Positions 63,709-64,000 of a stretch of 64,000 nucleotides of DNA are shown here, in pieces. The DNA is taken from the NCBI RefSeq assembly GCF_009914755.1, contig NC_060931.1; one strand, 5' to 3'. The DNA is from the human T2T-CHM13v2.0 reference genome, Homo sapiens. The position numbers and the translations under genes were made by a program. The notes below the pieces were generated by a model that did not search any database, was not told the DNA's origin, and saw nothing but the letters and a program-made list of their open reading frames with translations. Position 1 is the stretch's first letter. Every line of letters starts with the position of its first letter.

Positions 63709-64000
<292 letters not shown>

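Overview
Primate (very probably human) genomic DNA. The only protein-coding sequence I can support is the first coding exon of PRKAR2B, the cAMP-dependent protein kinase type II-beta regulatory subunit (+ strand, ATG 46993, splice donor after 47299). It lies in a TATA-less CpG-island promoter. About 46 kb upstream is intergenic and repeat-rich; the ~17 kb downstream is the start of intron 1. The window holds about 40 Alu/FLAM copies, MIR and L2 relics, MaLR, LTR33 and MER39 LTRs, hAT DNA transposons, a 5'-truncated L1PA, and an intact solo LTR12C (ERV9) about 1.5 kb upstream of the island. Almost every ORF in the supplied track is a repeat or GC-rich artefact. I found no convincing new gene system. 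The most unusual signals are structural: a 105-bp inverted copy of nearby DNA captured inside an Alu whose 3' end is duplicated, a 43-bp copied segment 2.26 kb from its source, a probable chimeric Alu, and palindromic arrays. The best regulatory leads are the LTR12C beside the promoter and an RVxF-like motif in the RIIbeta linker. Repeat subfamily names come from remembered consensus sequences, not from a search, and the boundaries of old repeats are approximate.
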